DNA of 64,000 nt from NCBI GenBank assembly GCA_002633005.1, contig NMRA01000192.1, positions 146,512 to 210,511 of the forward strand. Reading direction: 5' to 3'. This stretch comes from Phoronis australis (lineage: Eukaryota; Animalia; Phoronida). The notes under the pieces were generated by a model, which was given only the letters and a program-made list of their open reading frames with translations, had not been told where the DNA came from and did not search any database. This document shows positions 13,511 through 25,208 of the stretch, in pieces. How positions within the stretch are numbered: position 1 is the stretch's first letter; each line of letters begins with the position of its first letter. A program made the position numbers and the translations under genes.

Positions 13511-15099
13511 CGTTATTATTACGCACTGGGCCTAAAGAGCGCTTTTTTAAAATGCTTTAAGAGCTAATACATTTCCGCATCATACTGTGCCAAAATGTGA
13601 GTGATAATCTTGGTGATATTTTGCCGCTCATTCTTATTTAACCCCTTTTTAAAATTCTCGATTTCAAAAGTGAATACTGCACAAGAACGGAAGCAGAAAT
13701 TATGAACATTTTCATGCAAAGCAGCATCAAGTCATTCGAACGACAAAAAGAGTAGACTGGCTTAGAATCCAGTAGTATCGGAAACGGAAGACTTAGTTTA
13801 TATGATGGATTTGTAGACCACTGTTTGCAGTGAAGAAAGCAATGAGAACAACGAAAGAAAATGCTACCATGACAAATTCGAAATAATCGATATTTTGCCC
13901 CAAGAATTCCGAGATTGGGAAATTATTATTTATGAAGGGTGACTGTTCTTGCGACACTCACTCAGCGTCTGAGACTATCGGACTCGAGACTGTGTTGTGG
14001 CCGTTTACATGTCATGTCACGCTACTGACCTGCACGCATTATGAATTTCAATGCTTTCCAATGTTCTTGAAGCCGTGAACAACAAATCTCGAGTTCTTAA
14101 AAGTAGTGAAGCCGCTCCAATGCATCATAATTCACGGTATTACGCATTCCTTATAAAACTTCTTAAGGCAGGCTCTCCGAACCCCGCAGGAAAGGAAAAT
14201 TCTGGCTTTGGTGCTCTCCTTAGGTTACACATGTTATCGTACTTTCATCATCTGTCAAAGAAATCTTGCTGAAAAGGAGTGATTTTAGAAATGTGATTCA
14301 TCAATTACAAGCAGAAAATTCAAAAGGCCCTTCTTTGGGGTTATTAACGTTTTAAATGGCCACTGAGTTCACTAGGTGGTGCCAATGAACAGATTGTGAG
14401 CAGAAATCAGATTATGGGGGCGTCTTTGGGCTTGCTTGTGGGCCAGATTACTACCAGAATACAAACGTTTTTGTGGGCAGGAATGTTGTCTTACTAGTGT
14501 CACCTAGCAAATTTCCAGTCGCTGATTGGTATCAGACATTGCCTGTGTTGTATGGTTTAAGAAGTCCGTAGGCCCCGCGTCATTTATGGGATGACAGTTT
14601 GAAAATTAGTGTAATTATCGAATTTATAAGAAACACCACCGTTTTGCCTAAGTTCTTGTTTGAGAGATCTTAGAGGTTTATGACAGAATGAAAATGCTTT
14701 TAGTGCTTTATTTTGGCTTTTCTTTAAAACAATTGACCTTGAACCTTGGGCATTGACAAAAAAGATTCAGATCGTAAGTGTACATAAGTTAAGTACAGTA
14801 TGATGATACATCGGTTTATTGAAATACTATCAATGCACTTAAGAAAGCAACACACCACATTTATTGCGCAGCTTTCAGTGTCCCAAAAATGAAGATTTCT
14901 GTTCATCTAAGCCACTGAGCTAAGCCCATACTTGACAATGATACTCTACACAAAATGAAGGATGTCCTATATAATGTTCAAGATCACACAATAATAAGAT
15001 AAAGTAACATTAAAACACAACAATTGCGCTTCACAGGGATACTAGACTGGAATATGCAACACAACACACTACAATAAAATACCGTACAATACATATAGA

Positions 15100-15820
15100 T
15101 TATTACATGGCTAACGCCCCTCGGGCGATAATTCTCTAAAATCCACTCGGGCTCTAGGTAACGGGGAATAACGACTAAGAACATGTAATAATCTTTTAAT
15201 ACCACATACTGAACGAGAAACATTGGAATGAATCGATCTACCTTTCTCGACTCGCCTCGGCTTTGTAACTACTTTCTACGTCAGAGGCTCGGGGTCGGAG
15301 GTCGTGACCTTTTAAGAAAAGCCGAGATATTTTTGTAAAATAATGCTTTTACTCAAAACCAATTGAAAAATAAAACAAAATAGAAATAAAGTGAATCTAT
15401 AAATTAAGGTTTAGCAACTGTTATAGCTTACTACACATTTTATCACGCTAAGCTTCGACCGGGAATATATCGTCTGCTAAAGTAGGTTACCACTATTAAC
15501 TGACTATAATGCTCAAGTCAAAGGATCCCAACCACACGACACCTGCATTCAAATTGGAGATCGGTGATTTACAAGTGAGAGAACACGAGAGAAAAATTTC
15601 ACTGAATTAAAATATCGTTTTTATGGAAATTATGCGTCTTATTTTTCATAGCGTATAATTGTCGGTGCAATGCCCTTTGCTGAACATGCGATTGTTGCGC
15701 GTGCTCATTTAAGTATTCTTTTTTTCACGTTCGGTGACGTCAGCCACTGAGTGGTGTAGTGGTAAAGTCGGCGACTCGCAACAGTTAAGGCCCGAGTTCG
15801 AATCCGGCCTCGGTTTCCCG
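15100..15820 (+). repeat. Interspersed repeat copy ending in a tRNA-like segment
   Basis: Inverted partner of 12610-13307. Its first ~100 nt also match 10226-10311 in the foldback spacer. Confidence 0.7.
15746..15814 (+). ncRNA. tRNA-derived (SINE-head-like) sequence with Pol III A and B boxes; not a canonical tRNA
   Basis: A-box TGGTGTAGTGG and B-box GTTCGAATCC. ACTGAG/CTCGGT forms an acceptor-like stem, but the D and anticodon stems pair poorly. Confidence 0.5.
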
Positions 15821-18042
15821 CCAAAATGTTATCTCACTAGTGAGATAACTTTATGGGTTATTACACTGTTGTATCTGCCATTCGAGGCTAATATTGTGGT
15901 ATAAAATAGAATACGACGAAAACACATGGCAAGTGTAACAAACTAAGTCACAGGACATGGCATTTGGATTAAAAAAATAATCTTCACGAAATTCGGGGGC
16001 TCTGTATCCAATCCTCATTTAGTAGCAACTATTGAAAAACTCTGTGCTGGGATTTTTCAAGAGTTTCTTATAATTTCTTGTATGTACGAAACACTTTGCA
16101 ATAACTCGGTCTAACTGGTTGGAACAAATTTCCAAGCAATATCTTACGATCAAGGTCTGCAAATATCATTTTGGGCTACTACATGTTGCTCTCCCGTTTA
16201 CCTGATACTGTTGTTTGCTTACCTTAGATGTCGCTGATGTTGCATTGTATCACGTGACATAATTTCGTTTTTATCGCCATTTTCCTCTGGTGATGGAAGT
16301 TGGCTGGCAAATATGCAATTGATTTATATGAATGTTTGTAGTTTTTGTTATCTCTTGGATATGAAGCCAGTCGGTTAATCCGGACAAATGGAAGTGTTTG
16401 TGATTGTGAAAAGACTGCTGAGAAGCTTGTGCAAGCTCATATTTCACGTAAGATACTATCGCGACGGTAAAAGAGCGTTATTGGTGTACAATGAACATCC
16501 TTGACATGACACCATTGCAGTAAATTTTAAAAATAAAGCAACACGTGAGTTGTGGAGCAATCAACATGTTACAGCAAAGTGTAAATAGGTCAAGTTAAGC
16601 AACTTGCTTCATACAAAGATGTTAACATATAGTAAAGATACTCGACATTTCCATAACTACACAATGATAAGTTGTAACAACATTAAAACGTGAATTCCAT
16701 TGTCGGGAGAACCACAATACAGTATTGAATACAATGCAATTAATACAATACAACAATGAAAATACAAACAAGTATGGAAACCGAAATTTGAAAAACACTT
16801 TTAAACAGATATGTGAATTGACTTGTTATTGAAGACCGTCCTGGTCTGACGGTTTCACAGATTTGATTAATACTCTAACAAACCCCACAGTCTTACACTT
16901 GAACTTTTTACAGAACAGCGGCGATGGGGTCAAACTAATGTCACACCTATGAATACACAATGACACATTTCCCAGAAAACAGGTCTGCGTAGTGAGGAGA
17001 TTACAGTTTTAAGAGTCATTTTCTCTTTCTATCGATGGGAATTGCAAAGCTATATTTCTTAAGTCAAACATTCCCCTTGTTGACGTTATTTTAGAGTGAA
17101 TTGCTTTCGCAAACCCTGTATGTTAACAGTTTAAGATCAATGGGCTTTACTCTTTGGTAGATTACGTTAAAAGGATATTACCTTTGTTAACAAGGCCTGA
17201 ATTTCTTAATTGATAATTTGTATAGTATAGTTAATGAGAGGCATAAAACGATAGCAAGACCTAATCATAATCACGAATGCGTTCGCCACAGATGTGGTTT
17301 TTGCACGGAGCTTGAATAATCTTTTTCTACGTTCTACTAGTTACAAAAGCATGCCTGGGGTTTTCTTTTAAGAGCCCTAGGGCTTGGCTGTCGGAAATGA
17401 AGACTTCCGTTTTGTTCAAGGAATGTTGACGTCTTCATTTCCGATAGCCAAGCTCTCGGGCTTAAAAAAGAAAACTCAGTTGAATTACGGGTAATATAAT
17501 ATAGAAACAGAATTTCCAAGTCTTAAGCAGGAATATTCCGGACCAGGTTTGAACCTGTGCCCTTTGGGCGCACCTGATGATAAAAAGTTTTGTCTTTTTC
17601 AAAAATTTGTGCCCAACACACGTAGTGTAGTTAAAGTGGTAACATACGAAACAGAAACTCCAAAGGCAAACGAAATAAGAACAGTCATGTTCATACAAAA
17701 AGGCAATCAGACTACTGTGGCGGAATAAGAACACACTGGCTGTAAGTTGACTAGAATGTTGCATTTTTGGAAGAGACTTGCGTCTGGGTAGCGCACTACA
17801 GCAATGTACTCGTATCTTTTTATTTTTTAAACGCTAATGGCGCAAAGGCGCGGTCCAGGAATATCCCTGCTTGTGTTTGTGGAAATTACAACGATCTCAA
17901 GATTTGTGTTAAAAGAAACACAGTAATATGACCGTAAACATTAAAGTATTATTTTTAACACAAAAATACATTGCGAACATCAACGATTTTAACGACATAT
18001 TTTGGGTCTACTCTTAAATTCTTAAAATGTAAGTTAAGAAAT

Positions 18043-18048
18043 TTTATT
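18043..18048 (-). promoter_or_regulatory. Candidate polyadenylation signal AATAAA of the receptor gene
   Basis: tttatt on the + strand, about 30 nt past the TAA stop at 18080. The DNA is AT-rich, so a chance match is possible. Confidence 0.4.
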
Positions 18049-18079
18049 CTTTGTAACGAAATGTTTTAACCAAGAAAGT

Positions 18080-20303
18080 TTACGCCCGTTGTTGTTTCAG
18101 CTGTAGTTGGTGCTTTTTTCGGCTACAGTCAGTTAACGATAGGGTGTACAAATACGGATTAAACGCTGCGTTAATGGGCAGGATGAATGCAGCCATCCAG
18201 GCAATAAAATCAGGAGAAACAACGGTTCCTGTAAAAGACAGGAAGCCAGCAATGACAATAGGCATCCAACAGCAGAAATCGGTGGCAACAACGAGGCTAA
18301 GTCGCTTTGCCAAAGCCACTTCTTTGTGACTTAACTTTTGTCCACTGGCCTTTCTGCTATTTCTCGTTGTCATGAATATTAACACATAACTGACGGCAAT
18401 GAAGAAAAAAGCGATGAAGTTGTAAATTAAGAAAACGGCAAGTTTAAAATGCTTAAAGCCATGTGACGTTATTGTGAAAGGCAGACAGACTGAGGTTGCC
18501 CCATAAAATTCGTTCTGCTCTCCAAAGTAATTGAGTTTCGTAAGAGGAAGAATGGACATAAGAGCCCAGAAAAGACCAATGGTCACCATAATAATACGTG
18601 CTTGGTGCAAAGTGATTTTCTGCACTTTGAAGACGAACACCAAGCTTATCAAGCGGTCAATTGTGATCACAAGCATTACTGAGACGGACATCTCACTCGA
18701 GAAAAATGCAAAGAAACCAGCCACTTTACACAAGGAACTGTTCCGCCAGACGGGGTCATAGAGGAAATAATCCCCTTTAGAAAGGTAATAACTGTCTGCC
18801 CCAGCAACTATGATCAAGTAAACTCCTGTGAAGAAGTCAGAAATTGCTAGGCTGACTATTAATAGCGATTTTACATCTTTTAGAGTTGATTTCATTCGTC
18901 ACACAATGACACCAACGTTGCCTACAACAGACAGGACGCCTAAAACCCACAAGGCTACACGTAGAGGATAGCTAGACATAAGGTTAGAGCAAGAAGAAAA
19001 TGTATCCCTCTTCGGCGTGCAATTGACGTTTTCTGATACAATACAGCAAAATCTAAAACTATCCGTTTGTAACTGGCTGATGTTGACAGCTTCAAACGCT
19101 TCAGAGTTGACTATAAGGAATGGGTCATTGTCCCTCAGGTCAATTGATACAGAACGATGTAACCCTTTAAAAGCTTCAGAGGAAATCTCATCGAGGTTGT
19201 TCGAGCCAAGATGAAGAGTTGCAAGTCTCAACCCGGTGAATAATGGATCGGTCAATTTCTTCAAGTAATTACCGCGAAGATTAAGATGGACTAAATTAAT
19301 CAAATCCTTAAACAATAAAACCGGTATATAACTCAAGCCATTAAACGACAAGTCTAATCGGTACAACATCAAATGATTTGCAAATGTGTTGTTTTCTAAA
19401 AGAATAGCATTTCTGTAGAAAAATATTGCCCTCATGGTGGTTGAGCCTTTAGGTAGGAACTTCATATTACCGTCTGCGCAATCTAAAACGTAACCAAGAC
19501 AACGACAGCCGCCTGGACATGTAATCTCAAGGTCGCATAGTTTCTCGTCTTCTCCACTGACACAGTCAGAGATACCATTACACACTTTCTCTTGTTCTAT
19601 ACATTTAACTTCCCCCATACATCTGAACGCCCCAGGACACGTGTAATTGCGACAGCCAACTTCATCGTATCCACCGACACAATCCCAGACCCTGTCGCAA
19701 ACGCTGTGGCGAGGAATACAGTAACTTTCGGGACATTTAAACAAACCTGGACATTGAAAATCCTTACAGTTTACCAAATGGCTGTTATCCCAGCAACCGT
19801 CACTGGGGGCAGTTTTGTCATAGACGCATGCGTATGCTCGATTAAAGCACGCTGGGTGATCGTCTCTGCATCTCGATTTGCTCGGTGAGTTACAGTACGG
19901 AGACAATACAATTCCAAAAACCCCATCGTCATTAAGCGCATACATTTGTTTCTTATAATGTTTTTTTTCAACAAGCTCATCTTCTTGCAGTCTACGACTG
20001 CAGTCTACACGTAAATCACGCACCTTATTGGAAGAGATACATGCACCATTGGAACACGGAAAGCCACCATAAGCCGTGCAGTTCTTGCTCCATTGACATA
20101 CAGCTTCACTTTCATCTGACCCGTCTGTACAGTGTTTTATAAAATCACATGTCATGTTTTTTTGCACGCATTGACCTGAAGAACACTGGAATTCGTCTGA
20201 TAAACAAGGTGGAAATCGGCAATCTTGCTCGTCTGACCTGTCCCCACAATCGTCTTGGAAGTCACAGAGAAACGAAAGACTTACACATTTCCCGCTTTTA
20301 CAT
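18080..20303 (-). CDS. Exon 2: LDLa repeats, LRRs, hinge and 7TM domain, interrupted by an in-frame TGA
   Basis: ORFs 18899-20167 and 18080-18895 are in the same frame and read ...VGNVGVIV-TGA-CGA-ATG(MKSTLK...). The frame extends upstream without stops to the acceptor at 20303. Confidence 0.88.
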
Positions 20304-23300
20304 CTGAAATGAATAGAGTATCCAAATTACTAGATTAGTGACACACTACAAGACATCTAATCCTAAAGTTTAATCTGAATTATCTATATCTCTGCATCAT
20401 TGTCTGCTGTGGAAACGTAATTCAGCTTGTTTAAAAACGTGTCACGATGTTGCGACAAGGAAATGGAAATAGATTTGAATTTGTCGTCATGTCCTGTTGA
20501 ATGTTTTTCAAAAAGGAATAATAAATACATATTCTTAAAATTAGTCGATGTTCAGAAATTAAGTATAGTTTTGTTGAACCTTACTTGGATACTTTTCCCG
20601 ACGTTGCACAACCGGCTGGCCTGGATCAGGCAGTACTTCAGTTAAAGTAACCACTTGGTTCCACAAAGTAGGGAAATGTTCAAAATGTTTTTTCAGATTC
20701 GCATCAAACAATACATCTGCATAAATTACAATGTTCTTCATAGGAAATAGACTTACGTGAAAGTGTTTTGGTTACACCGACTGCAATTGGCCTCGTCTTC
20801 AGAGTTCTGGCACTGAACAGTTCCGTCACAAACTGCAATCTGAGAAATACAGGTCCCATCTTCACACATCCACTGCGACGGTTTACAACGTTTAACGGTT
20901 TCCACGGAGATAGGCGTTTTACTACAGAGAACGTTTAGAGGGAGTGGTGTTTTTGTGTTGCAATCAACTTTAAGAAAGTCCCAATCAAATACCACATCTT
21001 CGAACCAATTTGGATCTGTCTTCGGAGCTAGCAGTAGTCGGCACGTTGATTTCATTCCAGATGACGCGATCCATGTTGCTCTAAATTCTGGACTGAATCT
21101 CATTATAGACATTATATGTTTTGCCACATGGATGTCGGGATCTGACAAGTTTCCGCCGTAATTTTCACAAGTTTCTGCTGCCTTGGCAAACGAAAGTGGG
21201 TGTCTAACATTATCCATGCTAGTGATCAAACGGTAACACGTTCCATCCCGGTACATCCATCCAAACGGACAGTGCTTGGGAAGCAAAATGAAGCCACTTT
21301 TTGTGGTGTTTATTTTACGTTTCTTTGTATCCTTCAGTTGTTTCGTATATTCGCAAACTGTAAACGAACGAGGTAATTTATAGTTGCAAGGCACCGAGAA
21401 CCACTGCCCTGCCAGATGAGGATTCTGCACCACCATAAGTGTACAAGGAAATTCTGGATCGTTCATGGGCTGATATTTTTGATCAAAAATAATTCTCCAC
21501 ATGTCGTTCGAATATTTCTGCGACACTTTGGTCGTTCCATGTAAATCTGTGTCTTTGTCACCAGGCTGAAACCAATTTGTGAAAGTTGCTGGATTACCAT
21601 CCACCCACCGAAAAGTTCCATTCGTGAATTCATTTAGACCTAAATATATTGCTAAAAAGGGTATGTCGTTAAGAAAATTGTACATAACGCGCTTCCATTT
21701 TGTTTTAAGCATATCCCAGATAAATTTGTGTTCGGCTTTTGTGTTCAGTGTCAGTAAATGTCCTCCACTTGATTCACACTTTCTCTGAGCATCAAACCAG
21801 CTGGCAGACGATTGAGGTGCTACCGTGTAATATTTCCCGCCAAAATGACCGTCTGCTAAGTATCCCTTTGAACACCAAGGAGAGTTGAGCATGGTGAGTT
21901 CCGTGTCGACATTTCGAATTGCTCTATATTTGATTATCAGTGTTTTTTTACTGGCAAACCCATATTTATAAAAATATTTTATAGTCAAGGAGTCAGCACT
22001 CAGGGTACGAATTGGAAAAGGGTCAGGTGCAAAAGCACTTTTGTTGCAGAATTCTTTGTAAACATCATATGTTGGCGACAGAATATTGTTCATCCACGGA
22101 AGTTTGCAATTACATGGATATCTGTCTTTCAGGTTATTCAAATAAGGTATAAAAGGACAGCCGCACACTCTCATATTATCCTGTATTTGAATGTGTTTTA
22201 GCACATCTATGTCACAGTAGGAATATATAACCAGTTCATAATGGGATGGATACCGCGATGAACACACTCCAGATCTGTCGTAATTGTCAAACTCGACCTT
22301 AAGCTTAAATGATAACGTCACTGAGGTATCGTATGGAACGTGCAGTGTTCCGCACTCCGACTGAAATACTGCCGGTTTGATTTCACTTCTTGTGTTTGAA
22401 ATAAACCTGAAACGTTGATAATGTAGACATTCTCTCTCATATAAGGTTTGGTTACTTTCATAAATGTCAAATATGAACAAGATGTTGAACGTCAATTTCT
22501 GGCACATTGAAAACGTCTGTAGTAGTTGGAAATTCGTCTCTGGTGACGCTGTCCACAGTTTATTGATTTCGCTTCTGAAAGAATTACTCGAAATGCTAGG
22601 TCTATTAGCAAATAACGTAACATAATTGAAACACTTTTTAGAATCTTTTAGGCTTACCACAGTAGTATTTCTTAATATTATATTCATATATTTACTTGGT
22701 TTGATTTTGATCGTTTGATTATTGTGTGACCATGGTTGAATAGCAACGCATGATTTCGCAGGAACAGGTAAAGAAATGCTTGCACTTCTGGGGTGAAAAC
22801 CTTTGCATTCAAATTCTTCCATCTCCAATCTTACCAAACGTTTACAGTGTTTCGAGAAGGAAAACATTGCAACTGAAAAATACGGAGATGACGTGACAAA
22901 TTCTGAAATCAAATTTGAATCATGCTCGCTTTCGCCATTGTAGGGGTCACACATAGGTCCAATCGCGTGAGAAGACGGGCCGTTTCCATCAAAGAATACG
23001 ATGCCTTGATAAGCACAGTTTTCGATTGACGACATCCATTTGATCAGTAGTATCTTGACTTTGATAAAATGCGATGGCCGACTTGCTTTGTAGCGCCACA
23101 TGCAGTGTGGCATTCCACAATTGCTTCTAATGGATATCTTATGTGGCACTGGAGTGATGGTGCCGTTGGAAAGAGATGGAGTCGACCACGTGGATTTTGA
23201 ACAGCGTGGTGAGTAGACATTGCGTACAGCACGGTATGAAATGTTAAATCTATAACCATTGGCAGCAGAGGTATTCATGTTAACGTTTAGCAGACCGTGA

Positions 23301-24358
23301 TGGAGTGAACTCTTAATGCTGAACGTGTTCATTCTTTGTGTGCCGTTTCCTAGTTTAACATTATACGATCGCATTGGTGGTATGGCAGCCGGGCCTTCAT
23401 AAAACTCAAAACCCCCAGAAATTGTAGTAACTGTGCTCGTCAAGGCCACCGAAATATTCAATAAATAACCAAACGGAGCAACTATGTACCAAGTATAGTT
23501 ATACTGTTGGTGCGAACCGTCTTGTTGAAGAAAAGAGTACATGGGGTTAATGATTGAAAAGAAACTTTCATTAGAGTTTGTCGCATACAAGTGCATTTCA
23601 CCGACACCTCTTTTTACATTCGACGCACCGTATTTTGCACGGAACCTCCATCCACGCTTATGTATTTCAATGGTGACGTGGATGGAGTATACGGAGGAGA
23701 AAATTGTCCATGGCACTTTCTCTCCGCATGCCTCTTCAATGGGGTGGAAAGACAGATTTCTCAATTCCTTAACTTCCATCTTCTCTACTGAGCAGTTCGA
23801 GTCGTGCAGTAGCGTTTTAAATTCCATGATTTTTAACTGTATCACCTTGTCTTTTGCCAAAGTTAGTGTCCACGTACATCGCAATGGAAACTCCAAATTG
23901 TGCGTACTCGGAACCTGCAATACCTCAATGTATCCTTTTCGGTCATCATGGTGACAAAGCGTTGGCCTATGTCCTTGAAAATCGGGCATAATGTTAACTG
24001 CGATCAAAAACCTAGCTGGTATGTCTGGCGGTTCCCGGTGTAATACCACCGTAAAATTTGTATATGTCATCGGTAAAAGCTTTTTGGCTGAATTTGGACA
24101 CCATGTTTCAGTAACGTGGCCGTACCCAATGAGCTGGATATTTACCAAACTGCAGTTCTTTTCCATCTCCGTGCTGAAATCTATCAAAGCTATTTCTGCG
24201 TGCTTTCCGCTGCCAGCCTCTAAACGCCATTCTAGACCTGACCCATGTGTCAAGTTGGCAGAGTCAGGATATCCTACCGCAATCTCCACTCGTTCCAAGA
24301 CCGTGCCTTGACACCAAAAGACAAGAAAGTAAAGTGTCGCAACGCCGAGGAGCGCCAT
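18080..24358 (-). CDS. GRL101-like: Two-exon mosaic GPCR gene (CUB-like x3-4, C-type lectin x2, LDLa x~7, LRR, 7TM); GRL101/RXFP-like LGR, ~1941 codons with one in-frame TGA at 18899-18901
   Basis: Exon 24358-20757 (3602 nt) plus exon 20303-18080 (2224 nt) gives 5826 nt, i.e. 1942 codons in one frame. Splicing rebuilds an LDLa module (CNQNTFT|CKSGKCVSLSFLCDFQDDCGDRSDEQDC). Downstream are GRL101-type modules (CVYD...CWDNSHLVNC, CPGLFKCPESYCIP), LRRNT CPGGCRCLG, LRRs, hinge FCC...FSSCSNLM, and 7TM motifs LAISD, ITIDR, CCWMP and NPYLY. Confidence 0.88.
20304..20756 (-). other. 453-nt phase-2 GT-AG intron
   Basis: Donor GTAAGT and acceptor TCTATTCATTTCAG on the minus strand. Removing it restores the frame and a complete LDLa repeat. 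The same acceptor position is kept in the paralogue (1315-1316). Confidence 0.9.
20757..24358 (-). CDS. Exon 1 of the mosaic receptor: signal peptide, CUB-like domains, two C-type lectin-like domains, first LDLa
   Basis: Stop-free 1200-codon frame starting with hydrophobic MALLGVATLYFLVFWCQG. CUB-like patterns: CTWTL...IQLKIMEF...C...CG and CMWRY...C...FDG...GPMC. CTL patterns: SWFDAQRKCESSGGHL...YLGLNE...FRWVDG...FTNW...W..VPC...VCE and CPFGWMYRDGTCY. Ends at a GTAAGT donor (acttac 20751-20756). Confidence 0.9.
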
Positions 24359-24710
24359 TTATGAAATGAACCAACCCGCAACATCAACGTTTAAATACAG
24401 AGAGCACGCCCGGCAAGCGGTGTAATTCAAATGTGAGCCACTGCTGTATTTACCGTTAAACACATTTTACGCACTGCAAGATGCACAAAGCCACCTGATC
24501 CAGTTAAAAATCGTTATACGATAGCAGTATGCGTGTTAGCTACTTGACCATCCCGGAGCCGGAGCATGTCAACAGTACTTGGAAAGGTGCGATGGTCTAC
24601 TATAAATTGTGTGGCACAGATTTTTTTCAAGAGCATCACAAGTCAAATTTCACCACTGAACTTGGTCGCGTTCTGCAACTCAATTCTCTTACGAGACACT
24701 TGCAGCAAGA
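24359..24710 (-). promoter_or_regulatory. 5'UTR/proximal upstream block co-duplicated with the receptor gene
   Basis: Alignable by eye with 4751-5075, upstream of the paralogue ATG (shared tacagag-cacgcc, tttaccgt-aaacaca, aaagccacctg, accactga-cttg, caattctctt-gagaca). Confidence 0.55.
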
Positions 24711-25208
24711 AAACTTAATGACCGAAATTTACGACTAGAACAATAGCACACTGTTGAGGAACTAGCCTACTGTCGTTATTTTCACAATCATGTGTCCCTG
24801 GTCAAATTGAAAATCGTCCGTCGTTGAGACAATGCAGTGCGACTTACTTGTACATGTGAAATGATATTTTTCAAACATGCCAGGGTCTTTTCACATAAAC
24901 AAGGTCCTAAGTGTATCCAAAATTTGTAAATAGAAAACCCTTTTAAGGGGTTTTCAAAATCCAGATTATTATTGAAACTGCATTATTTCACACACCGCCT
25001 CACTTTGTGAATTCTCAACAGTTGGCGGAAGCGTAGTTTGCATGCTTACCCATGTTAAAACCAACTTAATTTCTGTCTAAATCAAAACCGAAGACCAAAA
25101 GCAGACTTTGTGCTCTTAAAATGATCGTTTCTGAATTTTTGTCTTCGGTTTTAAGTAGAGAAATTTTAGTCTTAAATCTCACATTTCATGAAACGGACCC
25201 TGGTGATG

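Noticed and set aside
15746-15814. Functional tRNA gene
   Set aside because: D and anticodon stems do not pair properly, and it is embedded in an interspersed repeat.
18080-18895. Independent 271-aa GPCR gene
   Set aside because: Lacks TM1 and is in frame with the upstream LRR ORF across one TGA, so it is part of the larger gene.
18899-18901. Selenocysteine codon or alternative genetic code
   Set aside because: The position corresponds to Trp, not a catalytic Cys. No SECIS was recognised by eye, and other Trp codons in the gene are TGG.
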